Origin: Escherichia phage vB_Eco_NicPhage
Strand: one strand, 5' to 3'
Length of the DNA: 64,000 nucleotides
Sequence record: OY726582
Shown here: positions 17,055 to 25,911 of the stretch, piece by piece
Layout: each line of letters starts with the position of its first letter
Numbering within the stretch: position 1 is the first letter of the stretch
Made by a program: the position numbers and the translations under genes
Notes under the pieces: model-generated
Told to the model about the DNA's origin: nothing
Database searches by the model: none
What the model saw: the letters and a program-made list of their open reading frames with translations, nothing else

Positions 17055-17085
17055 CAAAAGGAGGACCGGAGTCCTCCGTATTATT
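17055..17085 (-). terminator. hairpin terminator/attenuator after PspA-like gene
   Basis: Minus strand GGAGGAC-TCCG-GTCCTCC followed by TTTTGG. Confidence 0.5.
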
Positions 17086-17679
17086 TTATTTCAAAGAGTT
17101 AATATATTCTTGTACATCAGCAGAAGTGGTTTCGACGCCGGCTGGAGTGCCATTGAACGTTTCAACACGAGTCAGAGTGTCTTCGATATCAACCTTAGTC
17201 AGTGCAGCGATTTCAATTACATCATCGGCCGTAGAGATACCAAGGGCATTGGCTGCTCGAGTTTCACGAATGTATTCGAGTTTGATTGCCAGGTTCTGAC
17301 GAGCATCGTCAAGTTCAACCACCTTACGAGCAATTTCAATTCGCATAGCGGCATACCCGTCAGCTTTTGTATTAAGTTGTTCGGCAGTTCGACGATACAG
17401 AAGACCAAGCTTAGCATGCATAGTAACATCTTGTCCTTCAGCCAGGAGCTTACGAATTTCAAGTTCCTTAGAAGCGGCTTGCTTGTTCTTTTCATTAACA
17501 AGTTCGCGAATACGTTTTTCTTCATTAATAGATTTAACAGAAGCCGTTTTTAGTTCTTTGATTTGGGTAATCAACTTATCTGCAGCTGCGTTATACTGTT
17601 CTTCGACAGTCAGATTTTTAGCCATAGCAGTACCCAGTTTAGTGCGGATGAATTCAACAAGTTTCTTCAGTGTGTTCAT
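17086..17679 (-). CDS. coiled-coil protein, possibly PspA/IM30-like
   Basis: Track ORF begins at TTG; ATG ([10 protein letters not shown]) with SD AAAGGTAAT; long amphipathic helical sequence; family call weak. Confidence 0.45.
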   Translation of the reverse strand: MNTLKKLVEFIRTKLGTAMAKNLTVEEQYNAAADKLITQIKELKTASVKSINEEKRIRELVNEKNKQAASKELEIRKLLAEGQDVTMHAKLGLLYRRTAEQLNTKADGYAAMRIEIARKVVELDDARQNLAIKLEYIRETRAANALGISTADDVIEIAALTKVDIEDTLTRVETFNGTPAGVETTSADVQEYINSLK

Positions 17680-17749
17680 ATTATTACCTTTCAATTGGTG
17701 GTTTATTATCCAACGAGAGCATTATACTCTGCTCTCAAGAGTTTGTAAA

Positions 17750-17977
17750 TTATTTTTTAATCAAATTGACATAAAACTTGGCGTCTTCTGGGTGCATGCC
17801 TTCGCAGTATTCTTCAACCATGAACTTCTTAACAGCTTCATAAGGACCACTCAGATTAAGCTCAGTTGTCCAGAACTTGGAATCTTGGGCTGAATCGATA
17901 TGAACTTCAGGGTGACGGTTGCGAATAACTTCTTCTGTGTATTCATAATCAACGACATCAATACTAACTTTAGCCAT
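17750..17977 (-). CDS. hypothetical protein
   Basis: 75 aa; SD GAGAGGAAAA; promoter cassette upstream. Confidence 0.5.
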   Translation of the reverse strand: MAKVSIDVVDYEYTEEVIRNRHPEVHIDSAQDSKFWTTELNLSGPYEAVKKFMVEEYCEGMHPEDAKFYVNLIKK

Positions 17978-17997
17978 TTTATTTTCCTCTCATTTTA

Positions 17998-18040
17998 TTT
18001 GATAGGTCTATAGTAACACCGTCCTTGGTGTTTGTACATC
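17998..18040 (-). promoter_or_regulatory. early promoter cassette (variant -35)
   Basis: TGTACAAAC ... GTGTTACTATAGACCTATC upstream of 17750..17977. Confidence 0.5.
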
Positions 18041-18542
18041 ATTTATTTTTAATTTTGCAAATTTTTCCAGCTTCAATGCACGCAGCATAGATGATGCTCT
18101 GGGCAATTTTATTGCTAGTGGACCTTGCAATCACACTAAGAACAATTTCTTTTTCTTCACCACCACATCCCCAGCTATTTTGCCCATGTGTACCTTTAAC
18201 TACGGCTGAAACTTCAACAGAACGTCCACCATCAGAAGTCTTAACATCCACAACCCAATCACCGTCTTTCTCATTAACCTGTGGTTTATCCCAAGAAATA
18301 CTAATATATGATTCACCGTCAATAGAAGTCGCCGGGTTTTTCTCTACAGTAAGACCTTCGCTTTCTAACCATTCAATAGTATTTGAGCATAAATCTGTAG
18401 AACATCTCATCGGAAAGCGGCATGATTTTTCACCTTTAGATGCAGCATCATACATCTTTTCCAAAATACGCTTTTGTACATTTTTAAAAACAACGTCACG
18501 CGATTCTTCAGATTTTTTATTCAGTTCAGTATAAAGACTCAT
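18039..18542 (-). CDS. hypothetical protein
   Basis: 167 aa; SD GAGGAAAA; promoter cassette upstream. Confidence 0.5.
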   Translation of the reverse strand: MSLYTELNKKSEESRDVVFKNVQKRILEKMYDAASKGEKSCRFPMRCSTDLCSNTIEWLESEGLTVEKNPATSIDGESYISISWDKPQVNEKDGDWVVDVKTSDGGRSVEVSAVVKGTHGQNSWGCGGEEKEIVLSVIARSTSNKIAQSIIYAACIEAGKICKIKNK

Positions 18543-18561
18543 AATGTTTTCCTCATTTGTT

Positions 18562-18602
18562 TTGATAGGTCTATAGTATCATACCTCAAGGAGAAGTAAA
18601 CA
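18562..18602 (-). promoter_or_regulatory. early promoter cassette
   Basis: GTTTAC-TTCTCCTTGAGG...GATACTATAGACCTATC upstream of 18039..18542. Confidence 0.55.
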
Positions 18603-18631
18603 ACTTTGTGAAAAATTTATCTGCCCTAGAT

Positions 18632-18665
18632 GCCCGAAAGCCCCAACCATAGGAAGGGGCTTAAG
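18632..18665 (-). terminator. hairpin (weak terminator) after IPIII-like gene
   Basis: Same AGCCCC...GGGGCT hairpin as at 3866 but poor U-tract. Confidence 0.4.
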
Positions 18666-18679
18666 TGATTGTAACTTAA

Positions 18680-19306
18680 TTATTTACGGGTTTTTGCATA
18701 CTGAGCAGCGTCAGCAGCCAAACGACCTGCCTGACGAAGTTTTTCTTTAATCTCATCGTGAAGTGGTTGAGTGTACTTCAAACCTTCAATAGTCAAATAA
18801 AGACGATAAAGGTCTGGGGTATCAAGGTTGTTGATATGTTGGCCATTACGAAGACTGTTGAATTCACGAACGAGTGAAGATGTATCGGATTCAATATCAC
18901 GAACAAGCGAAGATAGTTGTTTATATTTTTTTTCCAGGCTAGAAGTATCAAACTTAAGAGCAGGAGCTTTAGGAGTTGCTTTTACTTCCGGCTTAGGCTC
19001 AGGTTTTGCTACTGCTTTAGGGGTCGCAGGTTTAGGAGTGGTAGGAGCAGGTTTTACTTTAGGCGAACCAGATTTAGCAGAAACACCACCACTAACAATA
19101 TCTTTGAATGCTTTAGAAGCTCTGTAATATTCTTTTTGGCTGGAAGTGTCGATACCGTACATGGCTTGAACGTTTTTGAAAAACTCTGTACTAGTTTTTG
19201 TACCAGAAATAGCATCGTAAGCAGCTTGCCACTTCTCTTTTGTCATACGTACACCGGCTTCGGTGATTACTTCCGTTTCGGCTAAAAATTCATTAAAAGT
19301 ATACAT
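18680..19306 (-). CDS. internal protein, IPIII-like (leader MYTFNEFLAE, Lys/Pro/Ala-rich core)
   Basis: 208 aa; IP-type N-terminal leader; size close to T4 IPIII; late promoter TATAAATA upstream. Confidence 0.55.
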   Translation of the reverse strand: MYTFNEFLAETEVITEAGVRMTKEKWQAAYDAISGTKTSTEFFKNVQAMYGIDTSSQKEYYRASKAFKDIVSGGVSAKSGSPKVKPAPTTPKPATPKAVAKPEPKPEVKATPKAPALKFDTSSLEKKYKQLSSLVRDIESDTSSLVREFNSLRNGQHINNLDTPDLYRLYLTIEGLKYTQPLHDEIKEKLRQAGRLAADAAQYAKTRK

Positions 19307-19341
19307 TGATGGTCCTTAGAAAGTAGGTTTATTGTTTACTA

Positions 19342-19349
19342 TATTTATA
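19342..19349 (-). promoter_or_regulatory. late promoter (TATAAATA) for IPIII-like gene
   Basis: Exact TATAAATA on minus strand about 35 nt upstream of ATG at 19306. Confidence 0.55.
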
Positions 19350-19350
19350 C

Positions 19351-19380
19351 AAAAAAGCCCCAACCTTTCGGAAGGGGCTA
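19351..19380 (-). terminator. rho-independent terminator at end of tRNA/stable-RNA unit
   Basis: Minus strand AGCCCC-TTCCGAAAGGTT-GGGGCT + TTTTTTG. Confidence 0.7.
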
Positions 19381-19680
19381 TATACCTTGTCGGGGTTTCC
19401 ACCTACTAGGTAAGTGTTTGTACGAAACGCCGGGATTTGAACCCGGTTATTATGTAGTTGACGCTACTCAATATTTTAAAAGGCCATATCTCGACCATAT
19501 CCGAACGTTCCGTCAAAAACGCTACTCGGCTTACGGCAAAGATATTTCCTCGAATCGATAATTCTGTGCGCCGTTTCTGCTGTGATGTAAGGGGATATTA
19601 ACAAATCATAAAGATTTATTAAGACCAGTCCTTACTCAGGGAACATCAGTCCGACGTCTTGCCGGTAGCGACCCGGCTTC
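19381..19680 (-). ncRNA. candidate small stable RNA(s) with tRNA-like T-arm (possible counterpart of T4 species 1/2 RNAs)
   Basis: About 300 bp with no ORF of 60 aa or more on either strand in a densely packed genome; flanked by tRNAs and a strong terminator; contains CCGGGTTCAAATCCCGG and repeated GAGTAGCGT. Confidence 0.3.
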
Positions 19681-20025
19681 TTATTTTGGCATATCGTCAA
19701 TTTGCTCTCGACGCCGACGCCATAGATTAATCGCTTCATAGGCACATTCTGCGTTTGGTATATGACGGCAATAATATAATGATTCGCGTTTCTGGAACCG
19801 ATGTTGCAACGGGATTTCGTTTAAAAGGTCTTTACGGTCAAAGTATTCAAAACTAGTTAACCCAGAACGGTTTTTAAGAAACTTCCAATGTCCGAATTCA
19901 TTTTGAAAATAAACATAATCAGCATGCTGATACAGCGAATTAATTAACCTATCGGAAATAACTGTTTCACGTTCGTTAAAATAAAACGTTAAGTCATGAA
20001 CTACCAGATAAATATTGCCTTTCAT
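19681..20025 (-). CDS. hypothetical protein between tRNA genes and putative stable-RNA region
   Basis: Track ORF 19681..20073 would overlap tRNA-Arg; ATG at 20025 (MKGNIYLVV) with SD GAGGAAAA chosen. Confidence 0.45.
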   Translation of the reverse strand: MKGNIYLVVHDLTFYFNERETVISDRLINSLYQHADYVYFQNEFGHWKFLKNRSGLTSFEYFDRKDLLNEIPLQHRFQKRESLYYCRHIPNAECAYEAINLWRRRREQIDDMPK

Positions 20026-20043
20026 ATTTTCCTCACTTGAAGT

Positions 20044-20120
<77 letters not shown>

Positions 20121-20123
20121 GAT

Positions 20124-20200
20124 TGGTGACCCAGACCAGATTCGAACTGGTAACCTTTCCCTTATGAGGGGACTGCTGCTAACCGTTGAGCTACAGGGCC
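20124..20200 (-). tRNA. tRNA with CAU anticodon (Ile2-type or Met)
   Basis: 77-nt cloverleaf: GGCCCTG acceptor, anticodon loop CUCAUAA, T-arm ACCAG-TTCGAAT-CTGGT, encoded CCA; 5' half resembles E. coli ileX as recalled. Confidence 0.75.
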
Positions 20201-20279
20201 TAAATAACTTTCTATTATGAAAGGCACTTTAGAGCACCTTTGGTAATAGAGGGTATGAATTAATAATAACACATAATTC

Positions 20280-20795
20280 TTAAAGCAAATCAATCATTTT
20301 AACAGTTGGCAAAACGATTTCTTCTTCAATATAAGCAAATTCAACACATTCAACTACACGCAAGAAATCATAATCATAATATTCAGAAGCATGACCAAGA
20401 ATACCAATGAGACCTTCTGATACCAAATATCCATTCTCATGGAACAGGTCGAATACACGCGATTCGTCTTCTTCAGATTTATTACCGAGGTCGACTTCAA
20501 TATCAAAGACCTTTTTAATGAATTCTGGATAAAGCTGGTCTGAGAACAGTCCTTCAACCAAGTATTCATAGATTAAAAGCGAACAATCACTGAATAGTGT
20601 ATTACCACAGTAACGTTCAGCTTTAGTGCTGGAATGACGGCTCTTAAATTTCTTTAAGAGATATTTAAACTGTTGGAGCTCATGCTCTTCTACACCAAAT
20701 AATGTTTTGGTTTTATAGTTGTCGCCGTCATTTTCCCAAGTAGTGACATCAATTACGTAACCTTTAGGAATTGTACTGCCTAAACAAATATTCAT
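20280..20795 (-). CDS. hypothetical acidic protein
   Basis: 171 aa ORF. Confidence 0.5.
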   Translation of the reverse strand: MNICLGSTIPKGYVIDVTTWENDGDNYKTKTLFGVEEHELQQFKYLLKKFKSRHSSTKAERYCGNTLFSDCSLLIYEYLVEGLFSDQLYPEFIKKVFDIEVDLGNKSEEDESRVFDLFHENGYLVSEGLIGILGHASEYYDYDFLRVVECVEFAYIEEEIVLPTVKMIDLL

Positions 20796-20799
20796 TTAC

Positions 20800-21090
20800 T
20801 CACCGTACCATATTAATGTAATTATATTCAATGCAACGTAATTTCAAAGGATTCTTGAAAATATCATATTCAAGAGGGCCTTTTTCTGTTTCAACAAAGA
20901 AATCGAAGTTAACGCTGTTAAATTTACGGTCTTCCCAGAGTAATTTAACTTGCGAAGACGAACGGTCGATATAAACCTTTTCAACCACGAAGTTGGTCAG
21001 AATACCATAGTCATCGACTAGTGCTTTAGCTGCAGCTCGGTCGCTTTCATATCCGTTCTCGACAGATTTTACTTTAGCATAAAGAATCAT
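20800..21090 (-). CDS. hypothetical protein
   Basis: 96 aa ORF. Confidence 0.45.
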   Translation of the reverse strand: MILYAKVKSVENGYESDRAAAKALVDDYGILTNFVVEKVYIDRSSSQVKLLWEDRKFNSVNFDFFVETEKGPLEYDIFKNPLKLRCIEYNYINMVR

Positions 21091-21458
21091 GAATGTTCCA
21101 CCATTTCAAAGGTACGAGCATCAACAATATGATACCAGTCAAAATTTTCTTCCGCGTTTTTATAAATTTCGCGAAGAGCTTCAACAGTTTTTCCTGTAGC
21201 AACAAGGTCGTCAATACCACCAAGAGGATAACAGTCATAACCAGCAAACAGAAGGAAATTAATAGTTTCTGTAGGTTCTGTAGGTTCTGGATGCAGAACA
21301 CCATTATCATCTACTACTTCAAAGAATGTGTAAGAAGGAGTACAAGTTTTAATCCAGGCCCATGCTTGAGCTGCTGAATCAAACGGATTACGGAATAAAC
21401 GACAATCCGGGTCTTTAGAAGGATTTGCTTCAAAATCCGCATATATGTGATATTTCAT
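21087..21458 (-). CDS. hypothetical protein (contains PEPTEPTE repeat)
   Basis: Track ORF 21087..21476; ATG (MKYHIY) with SD AAGGTGAG. Confidence 0.5.
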   Translation of the reverse strand: MKYHIYADFEANPSKDPDCRLFRNPFDSAAQAWAWIKTCTPSYTFFEVVDDNGVLHPEPTEPTETINFLLFAGYDCYPLGGIDDLVATGKTVEALREIYKNAEENFDWYHIVDARTFEMVEHS

Positions 21459-21459
21459 T

Positions 21460-21645
21460 TTACTCACCTTTTGCAATTTTATCCATAACGATAGCGATTA
21501 AGCCGATTAGAAATGCTACTACCAATGAGATAGAGTTTTCAGTTGTTGTCAGTAGTCCGCAAATGAATCCTACAAACATCGAAAAACTAAAAGCCATTGA
21601 AGCAATTACTACAGCAACATTACGAATCAGTTCAGCGCGTTTCAT
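21460..21645 (-). CDS. small membrane protein
   Basis: Track ORF 21460..21666; ATG (MKRAELIR) with SD GGAGAAAT; two hydrophobic helices. Confidence 0.45.
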   Translation of the reverse strand: MKRAELIRNVAVVIASMAFSFSMFVGFICGLLTTTENSISLVVAFLIGLIAIVMDKIAKGE

Positions 21646-21670
21646 TTTATTTCTCCATTTACTCATTTGA

Positions 21671-21712
21671 TTTGATAGGACTACTATAACATAGTCCTAT
21701 CATCATGTAAAC
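21671..21712 (-). promoter_or_regulatory. early promoter cassette
   Basis: GTTTAC ... dyad GATAGGACTACTATAACATAGTCCTATC upstream of 21460..21645. Confidence 0.55.
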
Positions 21713-21714
21713 TA

Positions 21715-21978
21715 TTAAATACCAGCTTCGCGTTTAACATAATCGACGTAAGCTTGGATAGCTTTCTTGCTGGTAATTTTTACCTGGCCTCGTCCGTTGC
21801 CTTCTTTAGAGTTTTTCTTAACAACTACATTACCATCTTTAACACCCCATACATGGACATAAGTACCGATGTTTCGGTCGTAGAACATTGCATGGTCGTT
21901 GTTGTAAGAGAATGATTCGTAGTTCTCTGACAGAGTAGAAGATTGAGATTCAGCGATAAATTCTTTATAGGTTTTCAT
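21715..21978 (-). CDS. internal protein (IP family, leader MKTYKEFIAE)
   Basis: 87 aa; IP leader; own promoter cassette upstream. Confidence 0.6.
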   Translation of the reverse strand: MKTYKEFIAESQSSTLSENYESFSYNNDHAMFYDRNIGTYVHVWGVKDGNVVVKKNSKEGNGRGQVKITSKKAIQAYVDYVKREAGI

Positions 21979-22001
21979 TTGTTTTTCCGTTTGGTTGTTG
22001 A

Positions 22002-22042
22002 TTTGATAGGACTACTATAACATAGTCCTATCAGCATGTAAA
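22002..22042 (-). promoter_or_regulatory. early promoter cassette upstream of IP gene
   Basis: Identical 28-bp dyad and GTTTAC as at 21671. Confidence 0.55.
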
Positions 22043-22046
22043 CTAC

Positions 22047-22334
22047 TTACAGAAGAGTTTTTGCAATAATTTTAAGCTGAGCTACAGAAATATGCTTAGC
22101 TTTAAACAGTGCGGTCTCTTCGGCCGGAGAGATAACAACAGTAGCGCCATCTTTCTTAGCAGACCATCCATCCCCTAAGTAAACAGTACCTTTTACTTCT
22201 TCACCATCAACCAGACTAATCATCGGTTTACCCTCACGTCCTTTATTTGCTTTAATAACTTCGGAAGTAAGGGTTGCTTCGGTCAGAGTAGAAACGTTAG
22301 CAACAGGTGATATAAATTCTTTATAGGTTTTCAT
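22047..22334 (-). CDS. internal protein, IPI-position (leader MKTYKEFI)
   Basis: 95 aa; IP leader; immediately upstream of 57B as ipI is in T4. Confidence 0.6.
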   Translation of the reverse strand: MKTYKEFISPVANVSTLTEATLTSEVIKANKGREGKPMISLVDGEEVKGTVYLGDGWSAKKDGATVVISPAEETALFKAKHISVAQLKIIAKTLL

Positions 22335-22357
22335 TTTATTTCCTTGAGGTCGTTTAT

Positions 22358-22400
22358 TTGATAGGATGATAGTAACACACCATCGTCCTTATGTAAACTG
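22358..22400 (-). promoter_or_regulatory. early promoter cassette upstream of ipI-like gene
   Basis: GTTTAC ... imperfect dyad AGGATGAT...ATCGTCCT. Confidence 0.5.
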
Positions 22401-22411
22401 TTTTGTGAAAA

Positions 22412-23097
<686 letters not shown>

Positions 23098-23101
23098 TTT
23101 A

Positions 23102-23836
23102 TTACCTTAAGATTGTTTCAATTTTAGAATAAAGCTCTTCTAAAGAGCCGTCGTTTGTAATAACTAAATCGCCTTCTTCAATAGGCAACCCAGCTTCTGT
23201 AATATGTTTATCGGTGGATTCCGTACCAGAGCGAACCACATGAATAACTGTAGCACCCATCGCTCTAGCGGTTTCCATTTCATGGACTTGGCGTGTATCG
23301 GTCACAACATAGTAATCGAAATCACTTCCAATATAATCCATATAGTTTAATGCAAAAAGTTTAACCCAATACATACGGTCAAATAAATTAACGACAACAT
23401 CCGTACCGAGGGCTTGCATAAGACGGCGGATTGACCATGTGTCGTTGATATTATTTATAGCTTCACGCAGGGCTTCATATGGTTTAATATCTAGATACGA
23501 ATATCCACCTTCTAACGATGATAATACTTTAACATTATTAATCGGTAAATATTGACTTTGCAAATAAATTAGCGCTTCTTCCAATAATTCAATAACATCC
23601 AACTTATTGAGATTTAATGGTGTTTCACGGTCGTATCCAATGCCTTCAAAGTATTCGTATTTCAACTCTGTGAATACATCAGGATTTTCAGCATGCCTAC
23701 GTCCCCAGGCTATTGCTAGAGCGTCTTTAATTGGATATGCTAATTGGTATTTTACGGATTTAAAGTTTGAATTGATGTAATCAGCAGTGGTGTCTTTACC
23801 ACTACGTTTGATGCCACTTAAAAAGATTAGCTCCAT
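23102..23836 (-). CDS. 1: deoxynucleoside monophosphate kinase gp1
   Basis: 244 aa; MELIFLSGIKRSGKDTTADYI... nearly identical to T4 gp1 N-terminus as recalled. Confidence 0.9.
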   Translation of the reverse strand: MELIFLSGIKRSGKDTTADYINSNFKSVKYQLAYPIKDALAIAWGRRHAENPDVFTELKYEYFEGIGYDRETPLNLNKLDVIELLEEALIYLQSQYLPINNVKVLSSLEGGYSYLDIKPYEALREAINNINDTWSIRRLMQALGTDVVVNLFDRMYWVKLFALNYMDYIGSDFDYYVVTDTRQVHEMETARAMGATVIHVVRSGTESTDKHITEAGLPIEEGDLVITNDGSLEELYSKIETILR

Positions 23837-23889
23837 AGGTTTTCCTCATATAATTTATGAGTGATTATAACATACGGAGCTAGAAGCGA

Positions 23890-24480
23890 TTAACGCAAGG
23901 AAGGGTGTCTAGAAATGGATTTAGATTCGACTGCTTGACGTGGTTGTTGAGATACAATGACTTCACCATCCTTTTCTATCGTCATGTACGCATAGTGAAT
24001 AGTTGCTACGCACGTAACGGCAGGGTCAGAGTCTTCGGTGTAACTAAATTCAATTTCACTCAAATCAGAAATCCATGGTTTATAGAAATTCGCCGTCAAA
24101 ACTACTTCAGTCTTATTGTTGTTTAAAATGTGCAAAGTAACAAACTCAGGACCATCGGAGTGGGCCGTATTATGTCCGGTTATATAGTTATTAGTGCTGA
24201 GCATCCATTTATACATGTTCATCCAGGACGTCATGTCTTCATCAACTATAAATCGTACAACAAAAGGGTCGTATTCAAATGTGGTGCCTGCACGCATTGC
24301 ACGTCCTAACCCCATCGTGCCTGTCACAGTTTCAACAACAGGAATTCTCACACCTGGCAATGGAGCCGTTTGGGCATTGAGCACAAAACCTGAAGTTCGT
24401 GTACTATCTGGGATATCCACAACAAAGTTTGTTATATTTGTTTGGTTAAAAATCTGTCTCGTTGGACGAGTCATAAGCAC
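23890..24480 (-). CDS. 3: tail completion / sheath stabiliser gp3
   Basis: Assigned by synteny 1-3-2-4-53; 196 aa in track, true start uncertain (T4 gp3 is about 176 aa). Confidence 0.6.
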   Translation of the reverse strand: MLMTRPTRQIFNQTNITNFVVDIPDSTRTSGFVLNAQTAPLPGVRIPVVETVTGTMGLGRAMRAGTTFEYDPFVVRFIVDEDMTSWMNMYKWMLSTNNYITGHNTAHSDGPEFVTLHILNNNKTEVVLTANFYKPWISDLSEIEFSYTEDSDPAVTCVATIHYAYMTIEKDGEVIVSQQPRQAVESKSISRHPSLR

Positions 24481-24485
24481 CTCAA

Positions 24486-24530
24486 AAACGCTTTAATAAA
24501 AATGCAGTATAATGGTTTTAGGTCTCTTCC
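24486..24530 (+). promoter_or_regulatory. middle-promoter-like module (MotA-box-like GCTTTA + 12 bp + TATAAT), antisense to genes 2/4
   Basis: AAAACGCTTTA-ataaaaatgcag-TATAAT-GGTTTTAGGTC; shares 17 nt with uvsY promoter region. Confidence 0.35.
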
Positions 24531-24576
24531 ATTAATCCGGTTCAACAGAATATCAGAAGAACGGAAGAGAATAGAA

Positions 24577-25398
24577 TTAAGATTTCCAAACAGTATTCGC
24601 AGAGAAACGTTTTCCTTTTGACATAAACTGCTGAGTAGGTAACATGATTATGTTAGCCCAGTCTTTAGGAGCTATTTCTGTTATTGTTCCTCTAATGTGG
24701 CCTGGCAGGTATGCTTTAATCATTTTGTCAGCACCTTGAAATCCTTTCACCTTGCTCCAGTCTATCTTCAACTTTGTGTTATTAGTAATAGTAGTTGTGC
24801 TAGCATATTGCTTCAGCAATTCTTCAAGAAACTGTTGTCGTGCTTTAGGTGGGATATAGTGCAAGTTTAACCCGTACATCAAATTATGTTTACCTAATCC
24901 TAAATAAATAATCAAAGGATATCGGTCCCAGTATGGCAGAGTATCTTTATGTTTAGCATCATACACGTAAGTATAAATTTTGCCTGGCGTAGGCTTGACT
25001 ACTTTATGACCTTTTACACTTTTTTTAATTGTTTCAACAAACCACTTAGATGATTTGTTGTTTACTGCTGCGCCTTCATTTCTAATCTTTTCTCGTATTG
25101 AACTGCGAAACGAGTTTATCATCAGAAGTTGACGTTCTTGCTTATTGAGTTTATTTTTAGGTTTAGATTCAAGCGTTTCAATTTTCTGTGCAGTCTTAAT
25201 AGATGATGCATATCTAGACATTGCAGATGTAAACGACGAGTATTTTATTCCTTTTGATTCTGCAAATGCTTTTGCAGTGATTCCTTTCTCTTTAGCTTTC
25301 TTGTATTCTAATCCTATCTCAATCCATTTTCTTTCATTCATAGACTGAGCAATCTTAGGGGCTTGTACGCCTTCAGATATAATTTGGAATATGCTCAT
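24577..25398 (-). CDS. 2: DNA end protector protein gp2
   Basis: 273 aa, same size and position as T4 gp2. Confidence 0.75.
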   Translation of the reverse strand: MSIFQIISEGVQAPKIAQSMNERKWIEIGLEYKKAKEKGITAKAFAESKGIKYSSFTSAMSRYASSIKTAQKIETLESKPKNKLNKQERQLLMINSFRSSIREKIRNEGAAVNNKSSKWFVETIKKSVKGHKVVKPTPGKIYTYVYDAKHKDTLPYWDRYPLIIYLGLGKHNLMYGLNLHYIPPKARQQFLEELLKQYASTTTITNNTKLKIDWSKVKGFQGADKMIKAYLPGHIRGTITEIAPKDWANIIMLPTQQFMSKGKRFSANTVWKS

Positions 25399-25400
25399 AA

Positions 25401-25850
25401 TTACCCCTTGTATCCGAGTTTTCTAAGACCATCTTCGGTTAGAACTCGAAATTTTATATTTCTCTTTTCAGCAACAGCTGAGGCAGCTTTCCATTTGTCG
25501 CAGTTCACAGACCAGGTATATATTTCATTCATATAACGTTTCTTAGCCGCAGTTGTAAGATTCACCGGTTTAATAGGTGGTTGAGTTTCTTTCTTTGGTT
25601 TTATTTCTACAAAGAACTCTTGACCTGATGCATCTTTCATCCATATGTCCATGTAGTATCGACGTTTCTTGCCTTCAGCATTACAAAAATATGGAATTAC
25701 TGCTGTTTCACTACCCCATGCAATAATTTCTGGATTTTTATCCAACCATTCGAAAAAGAATTTTTCCCAGTTTGAACGATACGTTATTTTGGTATGGTCT
25801 CCACGGTATTTTTTTAAATTTTTTGGGACCCATTTACCAGAGTAGGCCAT
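25401..25850 (-). CDS. 4: head completion protein gp4
   Basis: Track ORF 25401..25994 trimmed to ATG at 25850 (MAYSGKW...) with SD GGAGGA and late promoter upstream; 150 aa as T4 gp4. Confidence 0.75.
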   Translation of the reverse strand: MAYSGKWVPKNLKKYRGDHTKITYRSNWEKFFFEWLDKNPEIIAWGSETAVIPYFCNAEGKKRRYYMDIWMKDASGQEFFVEIKPKKETQPPIKPVNLTTAAKKRYMNEIYTWSVNCDKWKAASAVAEKRNIKFRVLTEDGLRKLGYKG

Positions 25851-25861
25851 GTTGTCCTCCT

Positions 25862-25869
25862 TATAAATA
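25862..25869 (+). promoter_or_regulatory. late promoter TATAAATA (gene 53)
   Basis: Exact T4 late promoter consensus about 40 nt upstream of gp53 start. Confidence 0.65.
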
Positions 25870-25876
25870 GTATTAT

Positions 25877-25884
25877 TATTTATA
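25877..25884 (-). promoter_or_regulatory. late promoter TATAAATA (gene 4), divergent from gene 53 promoter
   Basis: Exact consensus on minus strand about 27 nt upstream of gp4 ATG. Confidence 0.6.
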
Positions 25885-25911
25885 CCAATTTCATATTGGA
25901 AGGAGACTATC

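Noticed and set aside
17035-17553. Plus-strand 172-aa ORF
   Set aside because: Antisense shadow of the minus-strand PspA-like gene and its neighbours; whole region is transcribed leftward from early promoters.
19400-19445. Third tRNA gene at the T-arm-like motif CCGGGTTCAAATCCCGG
   Set aside because: No complementary 5' acceptor strand, D-arm or anticodon arm could be found within tRNA distance; kept only as part of a stable-RNA candidate.
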